64,000 nucleotides of DNA from Octopus sinensis (Eukaryota), in assembly GCF_006345805.1 (NCBI RefSeq), contig NC_042998.1, positions 19,716,001 to 19,780,000 of the forward strand, written 5' to 3'. The notes under the pieces are model-generated. The model saw only the letters and a program-made list of their open reading frames with translations. It did no database searches and was not told the DNA's origin. This document shows, in pieces, positions 13,020 through 26,590 of the stretch (position 1 is the stretch's first letter; every line of letters begins with the position of its first letter). The position numbers and the translations under genes were made by a program.

Positions 13020-13322
13020 AAGGCGCGTGGCTCACGATCGTAAGGTCGTGAGTTCAATTCCCGGCGATGGGTTGTGTCTTTGAGCAAGACACTTTATTTC
13101 CCGTTGCCCCAGTCTACTCAGCTGGCAAAAATGAGTTGTACCTGTATATCAAAGGGCCGGCCTTGACACACTCTGTGTCACGCTGAACCTCTCTGTGAAC
13201 TACGTTAAGAGTACACTTGTCTGTGTAATGCTCAGGCATATGCATGTTAATTTCACGAGCATGCTGTTCCGTTGATCATATCAGCTGGGACCCTCGTCGT
13301 CGCAACCGACGAAGTGCTCCTA
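13020..13322 (+). mobile_element. SINE with CORE-type head and family C-type tail
   Basis: gagttcaattcccgg B box, ttgtgtctttgagcaagacactt, then the tgtacctgta..tcaaagggccggcc tail shared with 7835-8020. Confidence 0.8.
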
Positions 13323-13344
13323 ACGCCATGTTGGATCGTTAGCC

Positions 13345-13510
13345 CCTACACGCAACTTTTTTCTCTCCTTCTTTCTTTTTTGTGTATCTTTCTGTCGAAG
13401 AGCGTAGGTTCGAAACGTAAAAGACTTGTTTTATTTCTATTCCTGAGCGCCATACTAATACATTGTTTGTTTGTACTCCACCTGCCTTCGTCTTTTGTTT
13501 ATTTTCGTAA
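13345..13510 (+). mobile_element. Penelope-like terminal repeat with minimal hammerhead motif (13387-13424)
   Basis: tcttt-CTGTCGA-a-GAGC-gtag-GTTC-GAAAC-GTA-aaaga: stem I, stem II and palindromic ACGT stem III. Confidence 0.7.
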
Positions 13511-13544
13511 TATATATATATACATATATATAATCATTAGAGAT

Positions 13545-13650
13545 ATAGGATAAAGTATTATTGATTTAGTAAATTGATAAATTTTATCAAGTAGTTTCGG
13601 TATGGAAAAGAGCCATATTCGTTAAAAACATATGCAATAAGTTTTTTTTA
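13545..13650 (-). mobile_element. Degenerate Penelope-like terminal repeat with a hammerhead remnant
   Basis: Minus strand ttt-TAACGA-a-tatgg-ctctttt-ccata-cc-GAAAC. Confidence 0.45.
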
Positions 13651-13659
13651 TATATAATT

Positions 13660-13823
13660 ATAGCAATAATTAAGGGTTTAGCAAGAAGTTGCTTCACCAC
13701 ATACAGAAAATTTTGAAATAGCAGCCAATAGACCGCTATTTCTTTTTTTTACAAAATATGGCTGCTATTTCTAAATTTTCAGTATGTGTTGAAGCAACTT
13801 GTTGCTAAACCCTTAATCATTGC

Positions 13824-13825
<2 letters not shown>
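13660..13825. mobile_element. MITE-like foldback with about 70-bp imperfect arms
   Basis: tagcaataattaagggtttagcaagaagttgcttca ... tgaagcaacttgttgctaaacccttaatcattgcta. Confidence 0.7.
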
Positions 13826-13903
<78 letters not shown>

Positions 13904-14794
13904 ATAAATGTAAAAAAGCACAAACTGGGACAAGAACGCGAAACATTTAGAAGACGATACAAAAAAACGCCTTCGATCTTCAGTCAAAAACCGGATCATC
14001 TTCGCAATTTCGGCTGATTAATTTTAAGATTGCTCCGACCTGGCCAGCCCCAAAGGAAAATCTCCCTCTCTCTCTCTATATATATATATATAGATTGGTA
14101 CTTAAGTTTTCTTTTAACATGTGATACATAGTCTAGTTAATGTTCCTTTTCAGCTAATTCAAAAGACATAATTGTTCTATTCGCAGGGATTATTAAGAAT
14201 TCCTATTAGTCATTTTAATACATGTCTGTAAATACCACGCAATTACAGAAAGATACATTTGAAGAGCAAATCTTGAATTGCCTTGAGTTAAGTTATCACA
14301 CATGACCGTCTATTGAATTCTGTTTTAATCCATTTATAGTAATTTTCCATCATTCATTCTTCTTTTCTTTATTAATTTCAACTTTTCTATATTTGTCTAT
14401 ATTTCTCATGCAAATGAGATTTCATCTTTTACTCCCCCACACAGTTATATTTCCTCACCTAAATGACTACTGCCATGTATTTTTTATATGCTTTATGAAC
14501 TTGCGTATTTCCACTAAATCTCTACCACCAATACTATTTAGTTGTTTTCATTGTACTTTTGTCAGATATCAAATGTTTGAGATTTCTGTCTCTTAACTTA
14601 TATGAGTCCGAAAATCAAAGGATACTTAGCTGCTTTGATATGACTTGAAGTGAACTACAACATTCTATACAGCACAAATTTTACCACACACATGCGCGCT
14701 CACTCACGCGCACACAGACATATATTTATAAATAAATAAATAAAACATATGCATATATACATACATATATGTACTACCTGCCTCTACATGTATA

Positions 14795-15176
14795 TATACA
14801 TGCATATATGGGTACAGGACACACAAAAAAAACGTCGAACACAATGAGAAACGAAAAATAAACACAAAACCAAGGAAATGGACATTTTTTTTAAACAACG
14901 AAAAAATAGATTACAGGACATACAAAACAAGGAAAACTCCTCTTCTTCAGTCGCCTTAATTTCATCTACTCCACGTTTCGAAGGTCAAGGCGATACATGA
15001 CTTCAATGAAATTTTCCTTCCCGCGGAAATCAAATTAAATAAAATTTGATATTTTTTGCTGAGGGGTAAAAATGGTAACAAAAACAGGACAGTAACGACA
15101 GTATAAACAGTAAAAAACAGGACAACGGAGAATAACAGTAGCACAAACAAGGAGGGCTGTTAAGCCAAACGAGATA

Positions 15177-15180
<4 letters not shown>
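14795..15180 (-). mobile_element. Penelope-like terminal repeat (related copy at about 20525-20850)
   Basis: Shared flanks (gggtacaggaca..aaaaacg.gaac.caatgagaaa; ggctgttaagccaa); minus-strand hammerhead remnant atttcat-tgaag..tca..ttgaccttc-GAAAC..GTA-gatgaaat at about 14958-15015. Confidence 0.55.
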
Positions 15181-15216
<36 letters not shown>

Positions 15217-16788
15217 TTGAGTGTATATATACTCTTTCCCTGTTCTTGCTCTATTAGATAATTTAAGTAAAATCATATCAATGTGTGCAACTGATTAAAA
15301 ATTCCAATTATTTATGCAGCCGAGGATATCCCTGCATTTAAATTGATGTTATGATTGTATTGCTCTGTGTTTGTGAGTGTGTGCATACACACACATCCAT
15401 CTGTAAATATGTACATGTTTTCATCAAATCTTTACCAATTATTTTTCATCTGAAAAGCCACCATGCCAGTGGAATTACCTTAGCTTATTGCATGGAATAT
15501 GAATTATATAAAATTTACTTTACAAGAAACCGATTACGAAGATGAAATCAATAATCACACCCACTCAATCTTCACATGCTGTCAGGGATTTTCTGAGAAT
15601 ACTGTTCGTTTTATAAAATTTTGCATCAATAATTCATTTTCCTTTATTCAGTAATCTTGAATCGATTCATCGAGTTATTTATTGTCTTCAAATAGCATTA
15701 CTTTTTACTTCTTTTGCATCGTAATCATTTGCCAGGCTGATATTTATTTTGTTCTTCGTTTGAATCTTTGGAGAGTAACTTTCCTATAGAACATTTTAGA
15801 TTGCTTTCTTCGATGACGGATTCAAACTGTCAATCTTCCAGTAAGTTGGATTCTCTGTCTTTCTAACTGCCGTACTGAAATTGTTAAACTCTTTATACCA
15901 GCTTTATCACCTAGACACACACACACATACACAGCTTTCAAGAATACAGCTGATGTGCTGTGAATGTGATGGAGCGGACATCCGTGTATACAGTACATGT
16001 CATATATGCAAGTATAAAGATATATTATTTGTTATAATTTTAGTTCACCACCCCATTGTGTAGTACGTAACAGAATTGTTAAAAGACCATATACAGACAA
16101 TAACACTCTTTTGAAAAACTCTTTCGTTCTCGTTCACAGTTTTTATTTATCGAATAATCCAGACGATACTATAACAAAAAAAAAGTAATGTTTACGTTAA
16201 TATTGTTCAACACGAGTTTTACACCTATTTGATTATAATCCTTTTTTTTATAGAGATGACTAATAAAGCAGATATCAGAAAGGTATTAAGTAGTGTTAGC
16301 ACTAATTTTTGTTGTAACATTGAACGACATTGCGGTTCATATTTAAAGTCTAATGTTTATCAAACTATGAAGCGCTTTGTAGGTTGTCCATGAAATAAGA
16401 AGAAACTCAGCCATTTATTATTAAGAAAAGATATTATTATGAATACAAAAAAAATATGAATGTGAATTTTAAAGTTTTCAGATATAGCCTGGTTGGAGGC
16501 CAAAACCTCCGAGTTCTTTTACAGGGCTAAGAAAACCCGAAGGACTGCTGCAATAAGTGAGAGGGGAACCTGTTGAATAAAATGATAATTAACCAATCGT
16601 CCCCTAATTTTTAAAACTCAAATTCAGGAACTTTTCTGCAATTCCTCGTAAATGGAAAAAGAATTACTCAATATGTTATATCTAGGGCAATTTGATGTTA
16701 AATGTTTTTCTATTATTCATTTTAAATCCACGGAAAAATTCATATATTGATAGGTATAAATAATTTTGGTTGAGCTGAATAAGGGATA

Positions 16789-17205
16789 TACTCTTTTACT
16801 CTTTTATTTGTTTCAGTCATTTCACTGCGGCCATGCTGGAGCACCGCCTTTAATCGAGCAACTCGACCCCGGGACTTATTCTTTGTAAGCCCAGTACTTA
16901 TTCTATCTTACTCTTTTGCCGAATCGCTAAGTGACGGGAACATAAACATACCAGCATCGGTTGTCAAGCAATGCTAGGTGGATAAACACAGACACACAGA
17001 CATATACACACACATATATATATATATTTATACATATATATACGGCAGGCATCTTTCAGTTTCCGTCTGCCAAATCCACTCACAAGGCATTGGTCGGCCC
17101 GGGGCTATAGCAGAAGACACTTGCCCAAGGTACCACGCAGTGGGACTGAACCCGAAACCATGTGGTTGGTTAGCAAGCTACTTACCACACAGCCACTCCT
17201 GCGCC
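16789..17205 (-). mobile_element. SINE family A, full length
   Basis: Reverse complement of the family A sequence from aggcgcaggagtggc to the aaagagta tail. Confidence 0.92.
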
Positions 17206-17534
17206 TATGTTCGAAGCTGGAGAGAAACATAGGGTTAGACATTTATTGAATGTTTAATAATTTAGCTATGAAAGGAAATGAAATAAGGAAATAAAATACT
17301 TAAGTATGCAGAGTGATATAAGGAGCGAATATATAATAATGCGTTTGTAGAATTAATTGCAACTGATAAACTAATGTTTGATTAGGTTTCGGAAAACTTT
17401 TAGGGTGTTTTTATGTCTTTTCTTGTATGATAGGGGATGGAATAAAAATGCTGAAGTAGCAACTGTAAGCATGTTTAAATAATATAGTTTGAAATACTTT
17501 TGAGGGAAAATAATGAAAAATAAAAACGTTGATG

Positions 17535-17633
17535 ACAGCCAACTCTATGCATACATATACGTTCATTAGCATATATATATATATATATATAGGAGATGCT
17601 AATGTACGTATCTGTATGCATAGAGTTGGCTGT
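17535..17633. repeat. Inverted repeat centred on (AT)n
   Basis: acagccaactctatgcatac..cattagcat (AT)n atgctaatg..gtatgcatagagttggctgt. Confidence 0.85.
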
Positions 17634-18840
17634 GTACATCTTAATGTGTGTGTGAGTGCATGTATAGTTTTATAGCCAAATGTTAAATGAATTATATTTG
17701 TAATCAGAGAATTTTATACAACTGAAAATAACAAAAAAATTCAGTTAATTTTTTATTGGATTCTGTTTGCATTCCATTTTAATTGAAATTCAAATTTCAT
17801 TTCATTTAATATTTATTTGTTTGAATTCTTTCGTTATTTATATGACATTGTTATTTTTATGACATGGCTTAGGTTTTAGTATATTTTATTTCACCAAGGA
17901 AATGTTATTTTCGTTTTCATCTTATCCTAATTAATTTCAAATCCAATTTGGCTCCTTAATTTAACTAATTCAATCATTTAAGACCACCGATATATTTAAA
18001 TCACGTCATTGTTATGCTTCCTTCAATTACAGAAGCAAAAGCAATCACAGGAATTTAATCTCTGTTCATCACTCTTACTAAGATAAACAAATCATAACAA
18101 TATTCATTACGGTTACATAAAACTAAATTTTTTGTTTTAAAAACACAATTAACACCAATATAGTTTCACTTTCGTCCCTCGTATAAAAATTAAACTTCTG
18201 CTCAAATGCATCATTATATCACGTACTGTCCTCATTTAGACTGAAGTGCTTTAAAATAACACTCCATTGATGGTTTCGTATATTAGAACTATATCCGTTA
18301 TACAATAAAAGATTGGAGCGCAGAAAATTAACGTTTCTCGCGAACTTAATAATTAACATCTGTGAACATTTGAAAATATAGCGTACCTTTCAATATACAT
18401 ACACATGCTCAGACAGACACACACGCAAACACACACACACACGCACACATGCACGCACAGACATGCATACACACAGACAAATATTACGTAAAATGGGAGC
18501 GTGTTCTCCTTTTGACGTTCGCATGTACCCTACCAAGCAAATTATATATTTACAAAAGTATAGAATTTGGATGTACAAATATAGCGAGCTTCATTAATCT
18601 CCATGACTTCACTTCAAAAGGATCCCATTACAATAAAACGAGATATAGAAAGGATCCATGGGATTGATTTGTCCAGAAGAAGCATAATCCTTTTCAACAT
18701 TAATTAGTTTATCAACATGGTTGTGTGTGTGTCTATATATGTATATATGTATATACATGTATATAAGTATACATGTATATATGTATATATGTATATATGT
18801 ATATACATGTATATAAGTATACATGTATATATATATATAT

Positions 18841-18874
<34 letters not shown>

Positions 18875-19000
18875 GTATGTATATGCATACATATATATTT
18901 ATATGTATATATTTATACATATGTATATGTATACAAATGTATATACACACATATATATATGTGTATACAGACACACACACACACACCACACACACATATA

Positions 19001-19038
<38 letters not shown>

Positions 19039-19039
<1 letters not shown>

Positions 19040-19425
19040 TGGCTCTGTGGTAAGCAGCTTGCTTACCAACCACATGGTTCTGGGGTCATACCCACTGCGT
19101 GGCACCTTCGGCAAGTGTTTTCTAATATAGCCTCGGGCCGACCAAAGCCTTCTGAGTTGATTTGGTAGATGGAAACTGAAAGAAGCCCGTCGCATATATG
19201 TATATGTTTGTGTATGTTTATATGTCTGTATTTGTCTCGTCAACATCGCTTGACAACAGATGCTGGTGTGTTTACGTCCCCGTACCTTAGTGGTTCGGCA
19301 AAAGAGTAAGATAGAATAAATACTAGGCTTACAAAGAATAAGTCATGGGGCCGATTTTTTCGAGTAAAGGCGGTGCACCAGCATGGCCGCAGTCAAATGA
19401 ATGAAACAAGTAAAAGAAGAAAAGA
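19039..19425 (+). mobile_element. SINE family A
   Basis: Similar to 3761-4180. Confidence 0.9.
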
Positions 19426-20220
19426 ATATACAAACACTGTATATGTGGGTGTTTGTGTGCGGCAGCACGTGCGTTTGTGCGTGTATATAGTAAAAAAAAG
19501 ACTGTGAGCTGTACGTTGGTAACAGACATAGTTTTGTACTACGTCCCGATCGTTCAATGATTTATGCAGATTTGTTGACGTCAAAATGCATAGACGTGTT
19601 CACCGCCTGCACAGCTATCAATCAGCAGAACACCCACATAGTAAAACCTTCTGTGGAAACAAAATTGCATCAGCATTCGACTCGACTGCTGATCTGTATA
19701 GCTGTGTTAATCAAAACAATGCGAAGAGAAGTTTTTACTCTGAAGGGCAAAATTCGTCGCCCGACACATGAGCTGAACCCACGCATTTAGAACCAAGGTA
19801 CAAACCAGAGAAAGACAAGGCTTAATACTCACACACAGGCTCGCAAATACACATACATACACATAAATATTAAAGGTCATACATAGTTATAAACTGATCA
19901 GTGATTCATCAACTCGGGAATTTAAATAACACAAACCTACATTGAAATGAGCGGCAATATTTATAGTATTGAATATCAAATCAGGGGGTCATAGCCAGGG
20001 ATCGATACAGAGAAGAAGCAGAAGTAATATTTAACGAGAGAGTAAAGAGAATACACATAAACACACACATACCAATATATACATACACACGCACACATAC
20101 GGATGCAGAAACACACACACATTCACACACATATATATATATATAATAATATAAATAATATATAACTATATGCATATATACATACATATATGTACGTAAC
20201 TACATATATATGTATATCAC

Positions 20221-20519
20221 GTGATCACGTGACCGACCAGACCATCAGATGTTGTCACACATCGCTGGTCACAATGCGTTCGCATTGTTTTAGCCTTCGA
20301 ATGACGCCACCCCGCTGGCTAAGCGAGCAAGCCAACAGAAGAAAGAGTGGGAGAAAGTTGTGGTGAAAGAGTAGAGCAGGGATCACCACCCCATGCCGGA
20401 GCCTCGTGGAGCTTTTAGGTGTTTTCGCTCAATAAACACTCACAACGCCCGGTCTGGGAATCGAAACCACGATCCTACGACCGCGAGTCCGCTGCCCTAA
20501 CCACTAGGCCATTGCGCCT
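20221..20519 (-). mobile_element. SINE family C head with an alternative tail
   Basis: Minus strand aggcgcaatggcctagtggttagggcagcggactcgcggtcg..gtttcgattccc. Confidence 0.88.
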
Positions 20520-22405
20520 CCACATATATGTATATATACATGCATATATGGGTACAGGACATCAAAAAAGTAACGTTGAACCCAATGAGAAATGAAAACA
20601 TAAAAACAAAAACATAGAAACGAACTTTTTTTTCGAATTAACGAAAAAAACTGAGAAATGAAACTTGCAACACAAAGAATGTTCCCCTTCAGCAGTTGCC
20701 CCTGCTTCGTAGAAACAGTCCTTCCCGCAAAGCAAATAAAATTTGGGAGTTTTTGCGGAGGGTGAAATTGGGAACAAGAAAAGGACAGAGGACAAAACAG
20801 TAAAAACAAATAGTGAGGGCTGTTAAGCCAAGACGATAGAAAAATTCTACACACACAAATAAATGCACACATACATACAACAATAAATGTACATAGGTAC
20901 ACATATTAATACATAAATTATATATACAAATTATATATCTGCACATACACAAACAATACACTTACATAAATAAATAGAGACATTAAAAACATTGCCACAC
21001 TTTGTGGTGAGAGATGATACGAAATAAATAATACAAAAGCAATTTCCAATTTTCGTACAGTTCGATATAGGGCTACTACTATCTGGGTTACACTTCTTCA
21101 TAGATTATCATTGTTCAGTATAGTCAATTTTTAGCCTCCATACATAACTACTTGATGAGTTGGGTCATACCCTGAAACTAAATATTTATCCCGGCGCTTA
21201 TCTTATTTTGCTACTACACACAGATTTATAATATTTTAATAACATTTTAATAAAAGTATTTTCTGTCTCTTCTTTTTCATTTTTGTTCTTTCTATTGCCA
21301 ATATGGCAGTATTGTGTATAGCTGCATTTATATGCATCATATATGCCGTGAACTGTTATCTGTTTTTATGCTTTTGGGGATATTTATTAATTTTATCACA
21401 TAAAATGCCTGAACTGTTTTATTTTCAAACAGTAGTTCGGGTTAAGATGGTGGGAGGCTCAGTAATTAAACTGTTGAAGCGCCTAATGCTCCACGCCTTA
21501 CTCATTCTAAAGGGCCATTCAAGACCATGGCAACGCAGGTCTGACAAAGACAATCCTGGAGATCAGGCAAATCTCATAGCCAAAGAGAACAAATTATGAA
21601 AGATATCGCATCTAAAAACTATCGCAATGCAGCCCCTTGCCAAATATGTTGGCTACTTAGGAATGACTGTTGTTGCTACTTCAATTCCTGATCAAGAATG
21701 ATAAGCAGAAAATTGCGTCTAAACTTTCAATATGAGTCAATGGCTCAGTGGTACAACGTCGTGATTTCTTATGAATCGTCATTCACAGCTGTTCGATTTC
21801 ATGACCAATTTATGTCTGGAAGCATAAAGAAACCGTTATCTCTGAATCTTAGACTCCTAATGTAAAACATTGAACTGTCTCTGCGACTATGCATGGGCAG
21901 TCATATCAAGGAATCCTCTTGATCGTTTGTACGTGTTAACGTCAACGGTTATGTATTTTCCTTGACCCTGTGTATTCTATGTTATAAATATCGTTTCTTA
22001 ATCGTCGTGACGATAATGCTCATATTCACACAACCATTGCAAATCTAAATTCGTAGGAATAGCTGAAAAGCGAAGACGTCTTATATATTGGTCGCGGCAA
22101 TCGCTGAACCCAAATACAATCAATATACCCGAAGATTTAGGGATTTTTTAGAACAGTAAATAGAGTTCATCTTCTCTTTGGCATCGTCGCTGAATGAGTT
22201 TCAGTGCTGTTCATTTAAAGAATGAACAACCAATCAGAAACTGCAAGTCAGCTCCTCGACATAATTAAATCTGTGATTGATGCTAAGGTTGAATCAACGT
22301 CTATTAAATAAGACTTCCACTTAGGGTTCTTCCTTGATTGCAATATCCCTCTACATAGATCAATATACTATCATATATATATATATATATTATATATATA
22401 TATAT

Positions 22406-22447
<42 letters not shown>

Positions 22448-23214
22448 ATATATATATATACATTATATACATGCACGTATGTAAAAGTGTATTCTCTCCC
22501 TCACAGACACACACATACCCACTGGCAACCACGAAAAACATCCTTGATACTGTTAGGAGAATGAATTCTATTTCGTTGCCAATAAATATATATCGAAATA
22601 TCTATGAGGTTAATTTCATCTATCATGAATTCCGCATACACACATTGAATGAAATGTCATCTGATTCCTAGTCTAATTTCCGAGCATCTTATTCGCTTCA
22701 GTGAAATCACGCCGTTTAAACTATTTGTATTAGCCCACAAAAAATAAGTGAAATAAGAAAGCATTGTGTGAAAAAAAACCATGGGCAGTGCGGGGCGATT
22801 CTGGAGATATGAGTGATGGAAAACTAAGAAAAGAAATACGAAAGGGAATGGAAGAAGAGAAAAGAAAGCTATAATGATATAAACAATCATGTGTAAGAGA
22901 TAGAGATTGCCTTTATTTTAAGCAACGGTGAATCTCTACGCAAAGATCGATTGCTACTGTCCAGCGAGGATAGCAACAATATTGATAAATTCAAAGGATT
23001 TGAATAAAATTAATGCTTCCAGCAGAAATGTGATCTCGAGGTTGTGTAAGAGCGTAGAGGAATAAGTCACTAATATAATTATATTTTATAAACACATTTC
23101 AACGTATGTAAACACGTGAATATATATATATTCTCGTATTCCTTTATTAGTTTCGGTCATGCAGCTGCGGTCATGCCGGAGCACCACTGGGCATAATATA
23201 TTTATATGTATACA

Positions 23215-23271
<57 letters not shown>

Positions 23272-23272
<1 letters not shown>

Positions 23273-23644
23273 TAGCAGTATCGCCCGGCGTTGCTCGGGT
23301 TGTAAGGGAAATAACTATAAAGCATTTTTAGAGAGTTATAGCCAAAAAATGGAAAACAAATGATGGTAAATTCTTTTTTTAGTTAAAAAGGTCGAGTTGC
23401 GTCCCCTAGACAGTCTGTGGTTTTTTTTTTTCTGATTCTCGACCCCATGTCGAATTTATCGATTTTTTTCAGAACTGGGGGAACTTTTCAAACTTTTCGC
23501 TGCGTTAGTTTTGAATTATGACATTGGGCTATTTGTGTGTCAAGTCTCATCAGAATCGGTTGAAAGCCATGGTCAGGGTGAGGGTACAACCTAACAGACA
23601 CACAGACACACACACAGACAAACTGCCGTTTATATATAGAGAGA
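23272..23644 (-). mobile_element. Non-autonomous Helitron variant inserted in (AT)n
   Basis: Same 3' hairpin and CTAG and adjacent about 90 bp as 10257-10653, different 5' half starting TC. Confidence 0.85.
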
Positions 23645-24592
23645 TATATACACTATATAAATACATATATATATATATATAATATATATATAATATATAT
23701 AGTATATGTATATATAATATATATGTAGATTATATATATATATATATATATAGATATATAAATATATATATATATACATAATATATAATATGTATATATA
23801 TATACACACTATATATATACACTATATATATATATATTTGGTCGGCCCGAGGCTGTAGTAGAAGACACTTCTCCAAAGTGCCACGCAGTGGACTGAACCC
23901 AGGACCATGTGCTTGGTAAGCAAGCTACTCATAGCGAAATGATTGGCTGATGTGCAAAAATGTATTCCATTTTGAACATATTATTTATATAATCTTAAAA
24001 CATAATAGATGGTAGTTACTCGGCATTGCATGCAAATATGTTCTTTGTCTTCGAGTAATTGACTGTAAAACGTAGGCAAAACTATTTCTTAAGCAAGAAA
24101 GACATAGTGAAATTTTCCATTTGCAATAAGGATCGCCATTATATATGATATTTTGTCGTGTATTTTTTTTCTTTTTTCTTTTTTTTTTCAACTTGAGATA
24201 TTCTATAATTTCGTAATTTTCTGTTTACCCTTCCTCAATTTAGAAAATTCCTCTGAAAAAGATTATTTCCTTCTTACTAATAATATGAAAGAACTTTCGA
24301 TGTGAACCCCAAAACTTTACTTCACATTAATCCATTAAGAATCTCTTAGTACACACGATAAGCGTCAACGAGTTATTTGGCTGTTCTACCAACATATATT
24401 TATTAAAATCAAGTTATGCTAAAGTAATGTCTGTTAAACTCTTTTACTTTACGACACACTGACCGAGGAGAATTTATTTTGCGGCACACAAAATAATAAT
24501 CCCAACAAAATTGAATATACCTTATTAGTGTGAATAAAAATAAGTAAATTCTCATTAAATTAACGATAAAATAACATAGATTTAAGAACATA

Positions 24593-24992
24593 TCTTTATA
24601 TATAAAAGAGAAGTTGTGTGTCTGTCTCCTACGATTTAGATTCCTAACTACTCCCACATTTTGCGGTGCAGTTTAACCAAAAGCGGGTATCTTATAGTCG
24701 TGATTCATATCGAGCCCTTCTGGGTATTAGCGCGCGTCTACGATGAGTCTACGATTAAAAAGAAAAAATTACCATAATTTTTTTCCATTTTAATGCATTT
24801 TTTCGCTATTATATAAGGGAAGTAACTCTCTAAAAATGTCTACGATAAGTCAACGATTTAAAAAAAAATTACCATCATTTTTTTTCTATTTTTAATGCAT
24901 TTTTTTTTGCTATATTTTGGCTATAACTCTCTAAAAATGCTTATATAGTTATTCCCCTTACACACCCGAGCAACGCCGGGCGATACTGCTAG
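24593..24992 (+). mobile_element. Non-autonomous Helitron
   Basis: A/TCtttatatataaaag ... cccgagcaacgccgggcgatactgCTAG/T. Confidence 0.92.
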
Positions 24993-25049
24993 TAGCATAT
25001 ATATTTTTGTGTGTAGGTAATATATTCTATTCTACTCTGGGCACAGTGG

Positions 25050-25330
25050 AGGCGCAAAGGCCCAGTTGTTAGGGCAGCGGACTCGCGGTCGGAGGATCGC
25101 GGTTTCGATTTCCAGACCGTGTGTTTATTGAGCGAAAACACCTAAAAGCTCCACGAGGCTCCGGCAGGGGGTGGTGGCGACTCCTGCTGTACTCTTTCGC
25201 CCCAACGTTCTCTCACTCTTTCTTCCTGTTTCTTGAGTAACGCTGCGATGGACTGGCGTCCTGTCCAGCTGGGGGGAACACATACGCCACAGAAACCGGG
25301 CCCATGACCATTGTTAGGCTTGAAAAGGGC
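25050..25330 (+). mobile_element. SINE family C head with V-domain-like tail
   Basis: Family C head then gcgatggactggcgtcctgtccag, resembling the V-SINE motif. Confidence 0.8.
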
Positions 25331-26364
25331 GCATAAATTATACTCTAGACACAAAAACCGAAATGTTTGGGGAGGGAGCCAATCGATTAGATCAACCAAA
25401 GTATGCAACTGGTACTTAATTTATCGACCCGAAAGGATGAATGGTAAATGTAATATATTGTATCAAAACTGCTATTCATCGTGTAACGTAATTTATATTT
25501 ACCATATTTTACGATTTATATAATTAATTTATATTTACACTCGAATGTTCTTGGATCATTGTTTCCCGAAAATCCCGAAAAGATTTTTCGCGGCATTCCA
25601 GGAATCTCACGTGGCACACCACAGTGTGGCAGACACTTTGCTAAAGTATTGATGTGTAACTCTTTCTGAGCACCCATTACTTTCAGTTAGATATGTTTTT
25701 CAATTACTGTTATTGTTTAGTGGCAAATGAAGTTTCGACTATGCAGACCTCTTTTCGCAGATTTGATGCGTTTATTTGTCTACAAGACTGTATTGTCTGG
25801 TTTGTCCTTCATCTTCTCAGGGGAATACATCGTAATTGATGGATGAATCGCTGCTATAACTACTAGAAGTTGAAATCATAAATACATATTCACATACATG
25901 TACAGATACATATGAATATATAGCCATACACGCATATATATATACACACATATATTCATACACACACATGTACGTACGCAGACACACATATGCGTATGCA
26001 GACACATACACATTTATATGTTTGTGGAATTTCTTGCCTGTGTAGTTAGATATACGATTGCTACTAGTGAGTGTAGAGCTCCACCTAGAATGTCATCTAC
26101 CAGCAAACTTCCACTAAAGAGATGTAATAAGCTATCTATTTAGTAGTATTACCCTACCATGTATGGGTATCGCGGTTTAGTAGCTCGCTGGTTGTTCAGT
26201 GCAGTATTAACAATTAGCGACGTATGTCAATACACGGGAGCAACACGATCTGATTGTATTCCGTTAAAATTCATACTGGATAATCAGCATGGGTGATTCT
26301 TAAATCCCGTTATTAGTTCTAGATATTTTATGAGATTAGTTCCTTCTACGCGCCTATCAGATTT

Positions 26365-26590
26365 TAGCTGGCACAAGCGTTAGCACGCCGGGCGAAATTC
26401 TTAGCGGTATATCATCTGCCGTTATGTTCTGAGTTCAAATTCTGCCAAGGTCGAATTTGCCTTTCATCCTTTCGGGGTCGATTAAATAAGTACCAGTTAC
26501 TCACTGAAGTCGATGTAATCGACTTAATTCCTTTGTCTGTCCTTGTTTGTCCTCTCTATGTTTAGCTCCATGTGGACAATAAAGAAATAT
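26365..26590 (+). mobile_element. SINE family B
   Basis: gctggcacaagcgttagcacgccggg ... aataaagaaata. Confidence 0.88.

Noticed and set aside
13900-14065. Hammerhead in a minus-strand Penelope-like end (ccgaaattgcg, ctgaagat)
   Set aside because: The two half-cores are in the wrong order and no stems connect them
20660-20720. Hammerhead in the 20525-20850 terminal repeat (ctgctga on the minus strand)
   Set aside because: No GAAA half-core found; too degenerate to call
21520-21600. QSWRSGKS as a Walker A or terminase motif
   Set aside because: Does not fit GxxxxGK[ST], has an upstream in-frame stop and no Walker B seen
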